From the IMG/VR virus record IMGVR_UViG_3300020048_000025: 64,000 nucleotides of DNA, one strand, 5' to 3'. Of the stretch, positions 7,501 to 17,732 are shown one piece after another (the stretch's first letter is position 1; each line of letters begins with the position of its first letter). Source of the DNA: an uncultured virus (IMG/VR IMGVR_UViG_3300020048_000025). Lineage: Duplodnaviria; Heunggongvirae; Uroviricota; Caudoviricetes. Made by a program: the position numbers and the translations under genes. The notes under the pieces are model-generated. The model worked only from the letters and a program-made list of their open reading frames with translations, was not told the origin of the DNA and did no database searches.

Positions 7501-8150
7501 TCCCCTTCTCTCGTACCGTATATATACTGGATGTGGGGGGCGGTATGGTATATATATGGTATCGGGTGTAGGGCCCCATGTGCGCAGGTGTCAATACGGC
7601 GCGGTGGTGTGGTGGGGCGTGAATTAGACGCCTTCACAACTCGCTTACAAAACCTTCACATCGACATCGTATATCCTTATATATCAAATAACATACCCCA
7701 AAGCATGTAACTAAATCAACCGGGAACCGTTTATCCCATTTCTAACCAACCATTTTCAAACCATTTACCCATTACCCAATTATATACCTATATCCTAAAC
7801 ATTCACTATATCTATTTCCAATCCCAGGTTAAACATACAAATAACCCCCCACAAAACCAAATAAAATTCCCAAACACCCAAATATTCCAGTATTCCATAA
7901 ATCCCAAACCTTTCCCTCTGTACCCTTTTTCCATCGTCGATCAAATATATATTCATATACTCAACCGTTATCCATATTTTCTATGTACCGGGTACATGTT
8001 CATATATTTTCCCCCTTGTTCCCATCACCCATGTCTCATACGTTCCATCCCTCATTCATCCCATGTTCCATCCAACCCTTTTCTCCTATTTTTAAACCCC
8101 AGGTTCAACATACAACGGCAAATTATAATTGCCTAGTTTTTTTTAACAAT
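7501..8150. other. non-coding block: GC/G-rich segment followed by C-rich, G-poor tract
   Basis: no credible ORF; hairpins GGCGT-GAATTAG-ACGCC and ATGTAC-CGG-GTACAT. Confidence 0.7.
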
Positions 8151-8160
8151 ATTTATAAAC

Positions 8161-8256
8161 ATGAATAAAATAATTAGAATACCCTTGTACCTCACAGTAG
8201 GATTTATGGCTTTAGTCATGTCCCCAATTTTATTAATCAAATCAATTATTCAGTAA
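8161..8256 (+). CDS. 31-aa membrane peptide
   Basis: MNKIIRIPLYLTVGFMALVMSPILLIKSIIQ; TAATG overlap with the next gene. Confidence 0.45.
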   Translation: MNKIIRIPLYLTVGFMALVMSPILLIKSIIQ

Positions 8257-8609
8257 TGGCTACATATACTTCAGAACAACTTTACGGTAGCGGAAGTTAC
8301 GCGCCAAACTTAACGAAAGACACCACATACACGTTCAGTGTCGATAACCCGGGTAATAGCGCTTATCTCGCGCTTGAAACCACATTATCTGCGCAACAAT
8401 ATGCCTATACAAGCACGTCACCCAAAAACTTATCCGGTTCATTCTCAAATTATACCAATATGGTGAACAATGTATCATTTTCAGACTATATAGCTGCTTT
8501 TGTAATCCCAACAGGCTCCTGCTCATTCACCTTCACTCCAGCCATTAATGTAACCGGAACAACATTGAAGGTAAGAGGAACTGGAAATGTATCTTTGGTA
8601 ATTACTTAA
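8256..8609 (+). CDS. S/T/G-rich beta protein, probably virion structural
   Basis: composition like the tail proteins; SGS/TGS motifs; late motif upstream. Confidence 0.6.
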   Translation: MATYTSEQLYGSGSYAPNLTKDTTYTFSVDNPGNSAYLALETTLSAQQYAYTSTSPKNLSGSFSNYTNMVNNVSFSDYIAAFVIPTGSCSFTFTPAINVTGTTLKVRGTGNVSLVIT

Positions 8610-8615
8610 AAAACA

Positions 8616-8648
8616 TTTGGTTTTAACCCAATACTTTCGTATATTAAA
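8616..8648 (+). promoter_or_regulatory. Bacteroidota-type promoter (TTTG-N20-TATATT)
   Basis: TTTGG..CGTATATTAAA; same spacing at about 9878, 36503, 40613, 42516, 56685. Confidence 0.6.
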
Positions 8649-8667
8649 CCATATTAATAAATCAAAT

Positions 8668-8904
8668 ATGGACACTAATTATAAAAAAGGAAAAACCATT
8701 ACCACATCTGACGGAACCATCATGACCACATTTGATGGTAAATTACATAATTGGGAGGGCCCCGCTGTTATCCCTCAGGGTAATGAAAAGTTATCCGAAT
8801 ATTACATTAACGGAATTAAAATGACCTACCAAGAATGGAAAAAAGCATTGCGCGGTCGAATAGGATTACCATGGTATAAAGGCGGTGCTACCGTTAGATT
8901 TTAA
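8668..8904 (+). CDS. hypothetical protein (GKLH..EGPA motif family)
   Basis: DGKLHNWEGPAVI..EYYINGI; ATG at 8668 preferred over the upstream TTG. Confidence 0.7.
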   Translation: MDTNYKKGKTITTSDGTIMTTFDGKLHNWEGPAVIPQGNEKLSEYYINGIKMTYQEWKKALRGRIGLPWYKGGATVRF

Positions 8905-8928
8905 TTAAACAATGCAAAAATAAAGGTT

Positions 8929-9378
8929 ATGAAATATATTACACTCGAACAATCATTCAAGTTTATTCCAACTAGCGAAGACGGATACACTCACTTTGAA
9001 CCACATTATTTCACCACAGTTGAAGATAATGGGTGGGACAAAGTAATTTACTTTACCAATAAACCAAAGAAAGAATTTGGTGGCGTAAATGGTGAACAGT
9101 TTGTGTATATTATGTCAAACAAATATATGCCTGATATAATTAAAATAGGTTATACATCCTTAAATCCATACGATAGGGCACAAATATTATCAAAAAACAC
9201 TGGTGTGCCCGACGAATTTGTAGTTGATTTTGCATATAGGTGCATTGATGGGAGAAAATTGGAAACAATGGTGCATGAGCATTTTAAATCATTTCGCATT
9301 AGAAAACAACGTGAGTTTTTTAAAATAGGAGCCGATGAAGCCATTGATGTAATAGTTAACATAGGCAATAGTTTGTAA
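8929..9378 (+). CDS. T5orf172/MUG113-type GIY-YIG domain protein
   Basis: FVYIMSN..PDIIKIGYT..P..RA..LS..TGVP..F...LE..VH..F...R...REFF. Confidence 0.8.
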   Translation: MKYITLEQSFKFIPTSEDGYTHFEPHYFTTVEDNGWDKVIYFTNKPKKEFGGVNGEQFVYIMSNKYMPDIIKIGYTSLNPYDRAQILSKNTGVPDEFVVDFAYRCIDGRKLETMVHEHFKSFRIRKQREFFKIGADEAIDVIVNIGNSL

Positions 9379-9452
9379 TATGTATGATTGTGCGCAAATC
9401 AATTAATTTAACGCGCGTATCAATTACTAAAATATAATATATACATAGAATT

Positions 9453-9881
9453 ATGAATTTGGAGAGGGTATTTGATTTATTTGGTTTCTTCGACAGTGAT
9501 GAAGATACTAATAAACGTTTAGAGCAAGAAGTAGATGACTACAAGTCTACACCTCATTTCAAGATTAAGATGTTTATTAAATTGATCAATAATGGAATCA
9601 TTTTCAAACGCCAGGTAATTGATTTCTTTCAACAAGCTGACCCTAACTTAGACAAAGCCGACATAAACGAAGCTGGAGATTTTGTTATGTACACTAGAGC
9701 ATGGTTTTGGATAAGCCAATGTGACTTAACAGATGAGAAATGGCAAGAGTGTTTACGATTTATACCTCATACTAAATTAAATGAATGTATTGACCCATGT
9801 ATGGAACACTATTTAGCATTTGAAGAATACGAAAAATGTGCTTTCCTAAAACAAATCCAGGATTTCATCAAAAACACTTGA
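9453..9881 (+). CDS. hypothetical protein with C-terminal UVR-like EEYEKCA motif
   Basis: motif read from translation. Confidence 0.65.
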   Translation: MNLERVFDLFGFFDSDEDTNKRLEQEVDDYKSTPHFKIKMFIKLINNGIIFKRQVIDFFQQADPNLDKADINEAGDFVMYTRAWFWISQCDLTDEKWQECLRFIPHTKLNECIDPCMEHYLAFEEYEKCAFLKQIQDFIKNT

Positions 9882-9931
9882 TATGCCCATTTTCATTTCG
9901 TATATTAGCCTATAAATATAAATAATAAGTT

Positions 9932-10720
9932 ATGAATTTATCACCTGAAGCAATCCTAGGTAACTGGGAGAGAATGTTGGGATATATCGAAACACACATC
10001 GAATCCCCACGTAAAGAAAAATTATTAGCATTTTATGAAAAGTTCGCAGATCGTATAATGATGATGCCTGCTAGTCATAAAGTGGAGTATCACAATGCGT
10101 TCCCTGGAGGGTATGTTGAGCATGTTAATCGAGTAATCGAATGTGCTTTAGATCAGCATGAAATTTGGAAGAAGCACGGTGTTGATACTTCTACATATAC
10201 AGTTGAAGAATTAGTGTTTTCGGCATTAAATCACGATTTAGGTAAAATCGGTGACGAAAATCACGAATCGTATATCCCACAAACTGATCAGTGGAGAAAA
10301 GACAAGTTGGGTGAAGATTATATGTTTAATGAATCATTGCCATTTGCTTCAGTTCCCGATAGAGGTTTATTCCTCCTCCAATTACATGGTATTCAATATT
10401 CATTCAACGAAATGATTACTATCCAGACCCACGATGGTTTATACGATGAAGGTAATAAAAAATACCTCATGTCATTTTTACCAGGTCAAAAACCACGCAC
10501 CTCATTACCATTCATTGTACATCAAGCTGATTTAATGGCTGCTAGAATTGAATTTGAGAGAGAATGGTTACCGAAATTAGGGAAAGAGAAAAAAAACGTG
10601 CCTGCCGTAAAGAAAACCAGTACATTCCACCCTACCAATTCCAAAAAAGACACAGTTCGCAACAAAGCGTTGGGATCTATCAAAAGTGATAATTTACGAA
10701 ATTTATTAGACAACCTATGA
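9932..10720 (+). CDS. HD-domain phosphohydrolase
   Basis: HNAFPGGYVEH..HDLGKIG..HDG..HQAD. Confidence 0.85.
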   Translation: MNLSPEAILGNWERMLGYIETHIESPRKEKLLAFYEKFADRIMMMPASHKVEYHNAFPGGYVEHVNRVIECALDQHEIWKKHGVDTSTYTVEELVFSALNHDLGKIGDENHESYIPQTDQWRKDKLGEDYMFNESLPFASVPDRGLFLLQLHGIQYSFNEMITIQTHDGLYDEGNKKYLMSFLPGQKPRTSLPFIVHQADLMAARIEFEREWLPKLGKEKKNVPAVKKTSTFHPTNSKKDTVRNKALGSIKSDNLRNLLDNL

Positions 10721-10995
10721 TACCAGCCATTATAATCACTCTATCCATTCTAGTTCTTATTTTAGGTTTCACCACATATAACCTATTCAGAAAACAAGAA
10801 AAATCCGAAACCATACTAATTAGTTACCTTGACTACTTAGACAAACTATCCAGGGTAATTGAAGTATCGGATAACAAAATTAAAGAATTAGACCAAATAG
10901 GTGCATTCGCTAACGATGATGAAACTGGAGTTATATTTGATGGAATTAAGCAAATACAAGAAATACTCAACGAATTCAACGTAAAGCAACAATAA
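10717..10995 (+). CDS. membrane-anchored hypothetical protein
   Basis: N-terminal transmembrane helix. Confidence 0.7.
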   Translation: MIPAIIITLSILVLILGFTTYNLFRKQEKSETILISYLDYLDKLSRVIEVSDNKIKELDQIGAFANDDETGVIFDGIKQIQEILNEFNVKQQ

Positions 10996-11003
10996 CCTAC
11001 CCC

Positions 11004-11708
11004 ATGCCTAAAATAGCTAAAGACAAAAATTATTTCACCCAAGATACCGAAGATGCTATTGTATTATATAATAACACTCCTGATCCTGAACTACGAAATT
11101 TAATTTATGAACGAAAAATCCACTACGCATTTTTCAAATTAACTCAAAATATAATTCATACATTTAAATTTTACCACACTGAGGTAGATAATTTAGAACA
11201 TCTACAACATGAGATAATTACATTCTTATTAAGTAAAATCCACCTATTCAATCCATTAAATGGTGCCAAAGCATATTCATATTTTGGTACTATTGTAAAG
11301 AGATGGTGCATTATATATAATAATAAGATGTACAAAAATAAAGTGCAAAAAGTCCCGGTAGATGAATTAAACAATGACCATAATCAAGCATATACCTTAG
11401 ATTCTACACCCGTAGATGATAAATTATCCATATTTATGGATCAATATGTAAATGAAATGACTACATTAATTCACACTATATTTTCCAAAGACCAAGACAT
11501 CAAAATAGCAGATTCAATCCTGGAGCTATTCAGGAAGCGAGATTTAATTGATGTATTCAATAAAAAAGCACTTTACATATATATCTATGAGATGGTCCCA
11601 GATATCAAAGCACCTCGAATCACTAAGGTAGCTAACGTTATGTATGGCACATTCAAGAAAAACTACACATATTACTTAGACAATAATTATATAGAATTTA
11701 CTGCATAA
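11004..11708 (+). CDS. phage late-transcription sigma factor (T4 gp55-like)
   Basis: region-2-like ..K.HLFNP..GAKAYSYFGTIVKR; NYFT N-terminus; upstream of structural genes. Confidence 0.65.
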   Translation: MPKIAKDKNYFTQDTEDAIVLYNNTPDPELRNLIYERKIHYAFFKLTQNIIHTFKFYHTEVDNLEHLQHEIITFLLSKIHLFNPLNGAKAYSYFGTIVKRWCIIYNNKMYKNKVQKVPVDELNNDHNQAYTLDSTPVDDKLSIFMDQYVNEMTTLIHTIFSKDQDIKIADSILELFRKRDLIDVFNKKALYIYIYEMVPDIKAPRITKVANVMYGTFKKNYTYYLDNNYIEFTA

Positions 11709-11727
11709 TATTTATCACTAAAATATA

Positions 11728-12066
11728 ATGAGTAATCTAGATGCAGTAATATTCGGGAAAAAGAAATTTTCCGACATGTTGCAAGAAATATACAATAATC
11801 AAAAGAAAAAAGAACAACAAATAGCAGCACTAATTAATGAATTAAAACCATTAATCAGCGACATCGGAGACGCTACTCTTATAGTACCATTGATTAAAGA
11901 ATACATGGAACTAGGATTGAAAAACGATGAGCAATTAATCAAAATGGCTACCATTGTCCAACGTTCTTTAGGTCAAAGTAAATCAGACGACGACAGTTTG
12001 GGTATGACCGAAGATGAAAAAGCACAGTTGTTGGCTGAGGTTAAAAATTTTAAACCTAAAGATTAA
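11728..12066 (+). CDS. hypothetical helical protein
   Basis: 112-aa ORF behind late motif. Confidence 0.7.
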   Translation: MSNLDAVIFGKKKFSDMLQEIYNNQKKKEQQIAALINELKPLISDIGDATLIVPLIKEYMELGLKNDEQLIKMATIVQRSLGQSKSDDDSLGMTEDEKAQLLAEVKNFKPKD

Positions 12067-13245
12067 ATGGGAGGATATGCTAATTTTGGGAATAAGAGTC
12101 AAATACGATCATCGGTAACCACTAACTCATCGTTACCTTTAAATTCAAATTTTGATTCACTTAACGCAGTTGTTAAGCAGGTTATCACTACTGATAATCC
12201 TGGCCCTATATTAGACCCCATTACTGGTGAAAAATACACCCAACTAGGAACAATACTAGCTGAATCTATATTTGCTAATACCACTGGAAGAAAATACATA
12301 GCCACCCCCAAATCATCATATGTAATAAATATACCAACCATAAACGAAATCGTTACCCTATACCCATTACCAACAAACAACAACCCAGGACGAGCATGGC
12401 AATATGGTTCCCCGATATCAACATTCGGTATATCCTCAGTAAATAACAACATATCATTCCCAACAGATATTGTTCCCCCAACCCAAACATCTGTAAAAGA
12501 TTACAGGATGGCTGAATTTGGTATACCTAAAAATACAATCCCACAAAAACAACCAAAAATATTTACAGAGCGAATTATAAGCCCATTAACCCAAAATTCA
12601 GGGGATATAACCTATATGGGTAGATATGGTCAAAGCTTACGATTCGGTAACAATAGTGGTGACCCTATCACCATAATACGAAATGGTCAATCAACTCAAG
12701 GTGGAGATCCATGGACTCCAATATCTGAGAATATATCTAAAGATCCTTCATCTTTATATTTAACTACTACCCAAAAATTACCATTTGCATTAGCGAATGA
12801 GAACTTCAATTCCTACTCCACCCCACCCATAACCCCATCAACATATACTTTACCCCAAGCGATATTAATATCAGATCGGATAGTATTAAATGCCAAAACG
12901 GATAGTATATTAATTAGTGGGCATAAATCCGTGGGTGTATCATCTAATGATAGTATTAATATAGAATCCAAACAGATAATAATTGATGGGACTGATATCA
13001 AAATTGGAAGTAAAGATGCATCCCAATCTGTATTAAAGGGTGACGATACAGTACAATTATTGCGAATATTAATTCAAGAAATTGTAAACTTATCAACAGC
13101 ACTTAAAGTATCCCAAATATACCCAGCAGGAATACCATCCCCTGACCCAATAATGAACCCAGTAGCAGATATGACTTCAGTTAACTTAAATAAATTATTA
13201 ACTCAGCTGGATGGAATTAAATCTAATTTTGTAAAAACTATTTAG
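12067..13245 (+). CDS. baseplate hub/spike protein (gp5/gpV-like)
   Basis: OB-like N-terminus (IPTINEIV), GD....GRYGQSLRFG, beta-repeat SDRIVLNAK, VLKGD. Confidence 0.6.
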   Translation: MGGYANFGNKSQIRSSVTTNSSLPLNSNFDSLNAVVKQVITTDNPGPILDPITGEKYTQLGTILAESIFANTTGRKYIATPKSSYVINIPTINEIVTLYPLPTNNNPGRAWQYGSPISTFGISSVNNNISFPTDIVPPTQTSVKDYRMAEFGIPKNTIPQKQPKIFTERIISPLTQNSGDITYMGRYGQSLRFGNNSGDPITIIRNGQSTQGGDPWTPISENISKDPSSLYLTTTQKLPFALANENFNSYSTPPITPSTYTLPQAILISDRIVLNAKTDSILISGHKSVGVSSNDSINIESKQIIIDGTDIKIGSKDASQSVLKGDDTVQLLRILIQEIVNLSTALKVSQIYPAGIPSPDPIMNPVADMTSVNLNKLLTQLDGIKSNFVKTI

Positions 13246-13246
13246 T

Positions 13247-14038
13247 ATGAAGGTATATAATTTCACCCAATTAACTAATGTTAGTTCCCCTATAGGTGGG
13301 TTTTTAAATGGATCTTATGTAGCTCTTCCCGATTTAACACCATCAGCTCGAATATTAGTTAACAACCCAAAATACGTTACTTTAATAAGAGAAACCACAA
13401 CCCCATATACCCGGGGAGGTGGTAGAACCACCGGAACTTTATGGCATAACGCTAAGGTTTTGGGTTTTACTGTTGAAGATGCTATTAGGGATTTTAAAAT
13501 CCAAGACAAAACAGCTATACCCGATACTTTAGAAGACCCCTCTAAATTTAATGGTATACCTGCAAACACATATAATATAATTTTATCTAATTACAGTGGG
13601 AATAGTTTTATACTTAGATCATTCTACAACGGTAGCGGTATGAGAATTAGTTCTAAATCTGACAATACTGGAACCTATATATATGAAACTGATGTTTATA
13701 CCCCAACCACATTTACTAATAGACCTAACAATATAGCATTTGATGGGGCTTTCATCCATCATGGTGCCTCCGAATCAGATTCATCTGGATGTATAATTTT
13801 CAGCCGAACCAGAAATGCTGATGGTACATTAATATCTGATTTACCCGGTGTTAAGGCATTAAATAAATACTTACAAGAAAGTCAAATTATAGGCAAGGGT
13901 AAAACTCAACAATTCCCAGTAATTAACGCGTGGGAATTAAGTGACCCCCCACCAAGCACTAAATTATTCGGAACCGTTGTTGCTTCAGATACAAACAAAG
14001 CTATCAATGGGGTATTTATACAAAACATGCCAAAATAA
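13247..14038 (+). CDS. DUF5675-like (L,D-transpeptidase-fold) protein
   Basis: TTGTL..FTVED..TAIP..Y..FIHHG..DSSGCI. Confidence 0.6.
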   Translation: MKVYNFTQLTNVSSPIGGFLNGSYVALPDLTPSARILVNNPKYVTLIRETTTPYTRGGGRTTGTLWHNAKVLGFTVEDAIRDFKIQDKTAIPDTLEDPSKFNGIPANTYNIILSNYSGNSFILRSFYNGSGMRISSKSDNTGTYIYETDVYTPTTFTNRPNNIAFDGAFIHHGASESDSSGCIIFSRTRNADGTLISDLPGVKALNKYLQESQIIGKGKTQQFPVINAWELSDPPPSTKLFGTVVASDTNKAINGVFIQNMPK

Positions 14039-14047
14039 ATATTCACC

Positions 14048-15076
14048 ATGAGTTCAAAAGATAATTCTCTACCATTTAATCAACCCATTGATGTTACTAA
14101 AGTATCCAAAATACTAATAAGTGCACCGGGGTATGAATCTGTAGAAAAAATTCCATATAAAGGTGATGGCACACTTAAAAGTGATTTGGGAGTAATAAAA
14201 CTCCAACCACTGCAAAAAAGCTTGGAACTCGATCAAATCGAATCTTCCCAACTTAAAACATCCCAAATAGATTCTCTATCCGCAACCAACAAAACACCAG
14301 AGTATTTCATTCAAAAACGCCTTACTGGTTTAATTGTTTCTCTTACTGGTACCATTATTCCATTACTTCTCAAACAATGTGCACAATTTGGTTTGACTAA
14401 TTTATCTAAAATGATGGTGGATGGTAAATTAAACACAGATAGTTTAAAAAATAGTGCAACGTGCCCATCTCCCCAAGAAATTAACCGCATAATAGATAGT
14501 AAAAACAAATTAACCAAACAACTGAACAATACATACAATACATTAAATGTAGTGTCTACATCTTTAGGTATAACCCAAGGAGTAATCACCGGACTCCAAT
14601 TAGCATACACCATAGGAGTAGCAATACCTACCCCATCACCATCCAGTGTAACACTATCACTCAATAAAACCAAACAAATATTAGATAAACTATCCATAGC
14701 TAATTCAGGAATATTATCACTGATAATACTAACCCAACAGATTTTATCCCAATGTTTGGAATATATGAACACCCTGGACCAACTAGTTCAAAAATGCTAT
14801 CCTGATGCTGAACAATCTGCTATATCTGATGAATTAAGATCTATTGCCCAACAAGTCCCACCTTCCCCCCAACCAAAATCTGATTCACTAAACGGATTCA
14901 CACTCAGTGTGGAAATGGAAGTGACAGAAAAACCACTCAAACGTAGACGAGCAATAGCAAAAAATCGAAGTAATGTGGTAATGTTGAAAGGAGAGTGGTC
15001 TTTCAGCTCAATTGATCAGATATTAATAGATGAGTTAGTATTTTACATACAACAAAACGACTTAAAAGCAACATAA
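14048..15076 (+). CDS. hypothetical baseplate-region protein
   Basis: 342-aa ORF in structural module. Confidence 0.7.
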   Translation: MSSKDNSLPFNQPIDVTKVSKILISAPGYESVEKIPYKGDGTLKSDLGVIKLQPLQKSLELDQIESSQLKTSQIDSLSATNKTPEYFIQKRLTGLIVSLTGTIIPLLLKQCAQFGLTNLSKMMVDGKLNTDSLKNSATCPSPQEINRIIDSKNKLTKQLNNTYNTLNVVSTSLGITQGVITGLQLAYTIGVAIPTPSPSSVTLSLNKTKQILDKLSIANSGILSLIILTQQILSQCLEYMNTLDQLVQKCYPDAEQSAISDELRSIAQQVPPSPQPKSDSLNGFTLSVEMEVTEKPLKRRRAIAKNRSNVVMLKGEWSFSSIDQILIDELVFYIQQNDLKAT

Positions 15077-15094
15077 ACCCATATTTATAACCAT

Positions 15095-15433
15095 ATGAAA
15101 ACATCAGAACTTAAACAATTAATAAAAGAAGCAGTACGTGATGCAATCCGGGATGAAATGAAAGATATATTGTTAGAGGCACTTAAAACACCTAAAACAA
15201 CTATCCGCGAAAACCACACCCCAACAACCACACCTGAATATAAACCAACATTCACTCAACCCACATTTGACGTTAAAAGACGATACGATGAAATACTAGG
15301 TGAGACAGCAATGAATTTCACTAGCGGAGATGTATCTAGATTTTCCCCATCCTCTGTTGGTGACCCAGTCAATGGTAACTTAGGTACGGGCGAATTAGGT
15401 ATGGATCAAATTATGAATTTACTTAACAAATAA
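15095..15433 (+). CDS. hypothetical protein (MK.SELKQLIKEAV leader)
   Basis: late motif upstream. Confidence 0.7.
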   Translation: MKTSELKQLIKEAVRDAIRDEMKDILLEALKTPKTTIRENHTPTTTPEYKPTFTQPTFDVKRRYDEILGETAMNFTSGDVSRFSPSSVGDPVNGNLGTGELGMDQIMNLLNK

Positions 15434-15436
15434 AAA

Positions 15437-15847
15437 ATGCCATACAGTCCTACACAAATATATCCTAGTGATTTACAAACTGATGTTGGTAATGGTATCA
15501 ATCTACCATTCAATAATGAGGCTGTATTTAGTTCAAATTACACATATAAACAGTCAGTAAAATATAATTTACTTAATTGGTTATTAACTAATCCTGGGGA
15601 GCGCATATTTGGACCTATATTTGGTTTTGGATTAAGAACATTTATATTTGAGCAAATTAATTCAAATAATTTGGATTCACTTAAAGAACGTTTATCCGAT
15701 GAAATAGCCAATATATTTTTTATGGTAGTAGTTGAAAACATAACCCTAACCGGTAATTCAGATTTGAGCAGTGTTACATTAACTTTGGAATTTTCCATAG
15801 CAAATACAAACGACCGAGAAATATTAACCGCTACCGTTAATCAATAA
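15437..15847 (+). CDS. baseplate wedge subunit (gp25/gpW-like)
   Basis: NLLNWLLTNPGERIFGP.FG.GL..FIFE. Confidence 0.85.
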   Translation: MPYSPTQIYPSDLQTDVGNGINLPFNNEAVFSSNYTYKQSVKYNLLNWLLTNPGERIFGPIFGFGLRTFIFEQINSNNLDSLKERLSDEIANIFFMVVVENITLTGNSDLSSVTLTLEFSIANTNDREILTATVNQ

Positions 15848-15856
15848 TTAAAAACA

Positions 15857-17692
15857 ATGAGTCAAGATATCAAATACTTAAACCGCGATTTCTCCAGTTT
15901 TAGACAACGGTTAATAGAATACACTAAAACATACTTCCCAAACACATATACTGACTTCAGTCCCACCTCACCTGGAATGATGGTTATGGAGCAATCAGCA
16001 TATGTTGGTGACGTGTTGAGTTTTTACCTGGATAACCAAATCCAAGAAAATTTCATTCAATACGCGCAACAAACCAACAACCTATATGAATTATCGTATA
16101 TGTTTGGATACCGCCCTAAAACAACATCAGCCGCGCAAACCACTATTGATATCTACCAACAATTACCAGCCATATCAATTGGTGGTGGTGATGTAGCACC
16201 AGATTATTCATATGCACTAACAGTAGGTGAAAACACCACCATATCAGCAAATGGACTATCATTTTTAATTCAAGACAAAGTTGATTTCTCCACATCCAGT
16301 TCGCAAGACCCAACCGAGGTATCCATATATCAAATAGCAGGTGGCGTACCACAATATTATTTATTGAAAAAGTCACGCAAAGCTATGTCAGCTGCAATTA
16401 AATCAACCACGTTCTCATTCAGTGACCCACAACAGTTTGCCACCGTGAATGTAAATGATAGTAGTATCATTAAAATATTGGACGTAATAGATTCGGATGG
16501 AAATGTATGGTACGAGGTAGATCATTTAGGTCAAGAAATGGTTATGGATTCAATCAAAAACACCAATGTAAACGATCCAAATAGCGGTAAAGATGTACCG
16601 TACTTGCTACGACTTAAAAAAGTACAACGTAGGTTTGCAACTCGATTCCTATCCCAAAACACACTCCAGCTTCAATTTGGCGCCGGTGCACCAAATGACA
16701 GCGACGAGGAAATCATCCCAAACCCAAACAATGTAGGAATTGGATTACCATTTAAACAAGACAAATTAACGTCAGCATATTCACCAACCAATTTTCTATA
16801 CACTGGAACATACGGTATAGCCCCATCAAATACAGTATTGACGGTTCGTTATTTAGTGGGTGGAGGTGTTTCATCAAACATGCCCGCAAATACATTAACA
16901 TCAATATCCACATCCAATACTAAATTTAACCAAACAAATTTAAACCCAACCACATCAAATTATATATTTGCATCACTTGCATCAAATAACTCAACTGCTG
17001 CTAGTGGGGGGAAAGGCGGCGATACAACGGAGGAAATCCGCCAGAACACGCTTATGCTGATTGCGTCACAGAATCGCTCAGTTACCGCCGATGATTACCT
17101 GATTCGCGCGTTAAGTATGCCATCTGATTTTGGTGCATTAAGTAAAATATTCATTGAACAACCCAAATTAACAGACAACCAGGTTTCCACCATTGAAACC
17201 TTAAACATGCACGTATTATCCCAAAATTCAAATGGGCAACTTGATTACCCATCGGAAACATTGAAGGAAAATCTCCGCACATATCTATCCCAATACAGAA
17301 TGATTGGCGACAATATTGAAATACGTGATGCTTATATAATCAATATAGGTGTTAATTTTGAATTAATTACAACACCAAACAGCAACAACAATGAAGTATT
17401 GTTAAGTTGCATAAACGAAATACGAAATTATTTTAATTTAGATCGTTGGCAGATTAACCAACCAATAATGATACGCGATTTATATATACTTTTAGACAAA
17501 GTAAAAGGTGTACAAACCGTTAAATCAATTAAAATCGAAAACAAAGCAGGTACATCATCCGGATACTCCCAACACGCGTATGATATTGACGGTGCTACTC
17601 AAAATCAAGTTATCTACCCATCTTTAGACCCAAGCATATTTGAGTTAAGATACCCAGACACTGATATTAAAGGTCGTATCGTTCCCCTATAG
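15857..17692 (+). CDS. baseplate wedge subunit (T4 gp6-like)
   Basis: YLNRDFSSF..L..Y...YTDF..SPG..AYVGDVLSFY; SQNRSVTADDY. Confidence 0.85.
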   Translation: MSQDIKYLNRDFSSFRQRLIEYTKTYFPNTYTDFSPTSPGMMVMEQSAYVGDVLSFYLDNQIQENFIQYAQQTNNLYELSYMFGYRPKTTSAAQTTIDIYQQLPAISIGGGDVAPDYSYALTVGENTTISANGLSFLIQDKVDFSTSSSQDPTEVSIYQIAGGVPQYYLLKKSRKAMSAAIKSTTFSFSDPQQFATVNVNDSSIIKILDVIDSDGNVWYEVDHLGQEMVMDSIKNTNVNDPNSGKDVPYLLRLKKVQRRFATRFLSQNTLQLQFGAGAPNDSDEEIIPNPNNVGIGLPFKQDKLTSAYSPTNFLYTGTYGIAPSNTVLTVRYLVGGGVSSNMPANTLTSISTSNTKFNQTNLNPTTSNYIFASLASNNSTAASGGKGGDTTEEIRQNTLMLIASQNRSVTADDYLIRALSMPSDFGALSKIFIEQPKLTDNQVSTIETLNMHVLSQNSNGQLDYPSETLKENLRTYLSQYRMIGDNIEIRDAYIINIGVNFELITTPNSNNNEVLLSCINEIRNYFNLDRWQINQPIMIRDLYILLDKVKGVQTVKSIKIENKAGTSSGYSQHAYDIDGATQNQVIYPSLDPSIFELRYPDTDIKGRIVPL

Positions 17693-17732
17693 TAGAACTA
17701 TATATCGCCATATTTATAATAAAATATATTAA

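Noticed and set aside
7412..8168. Short ORFs in the GC-rich/C-rich boundary
   Set aside because: Biased composition, no phage-type leader
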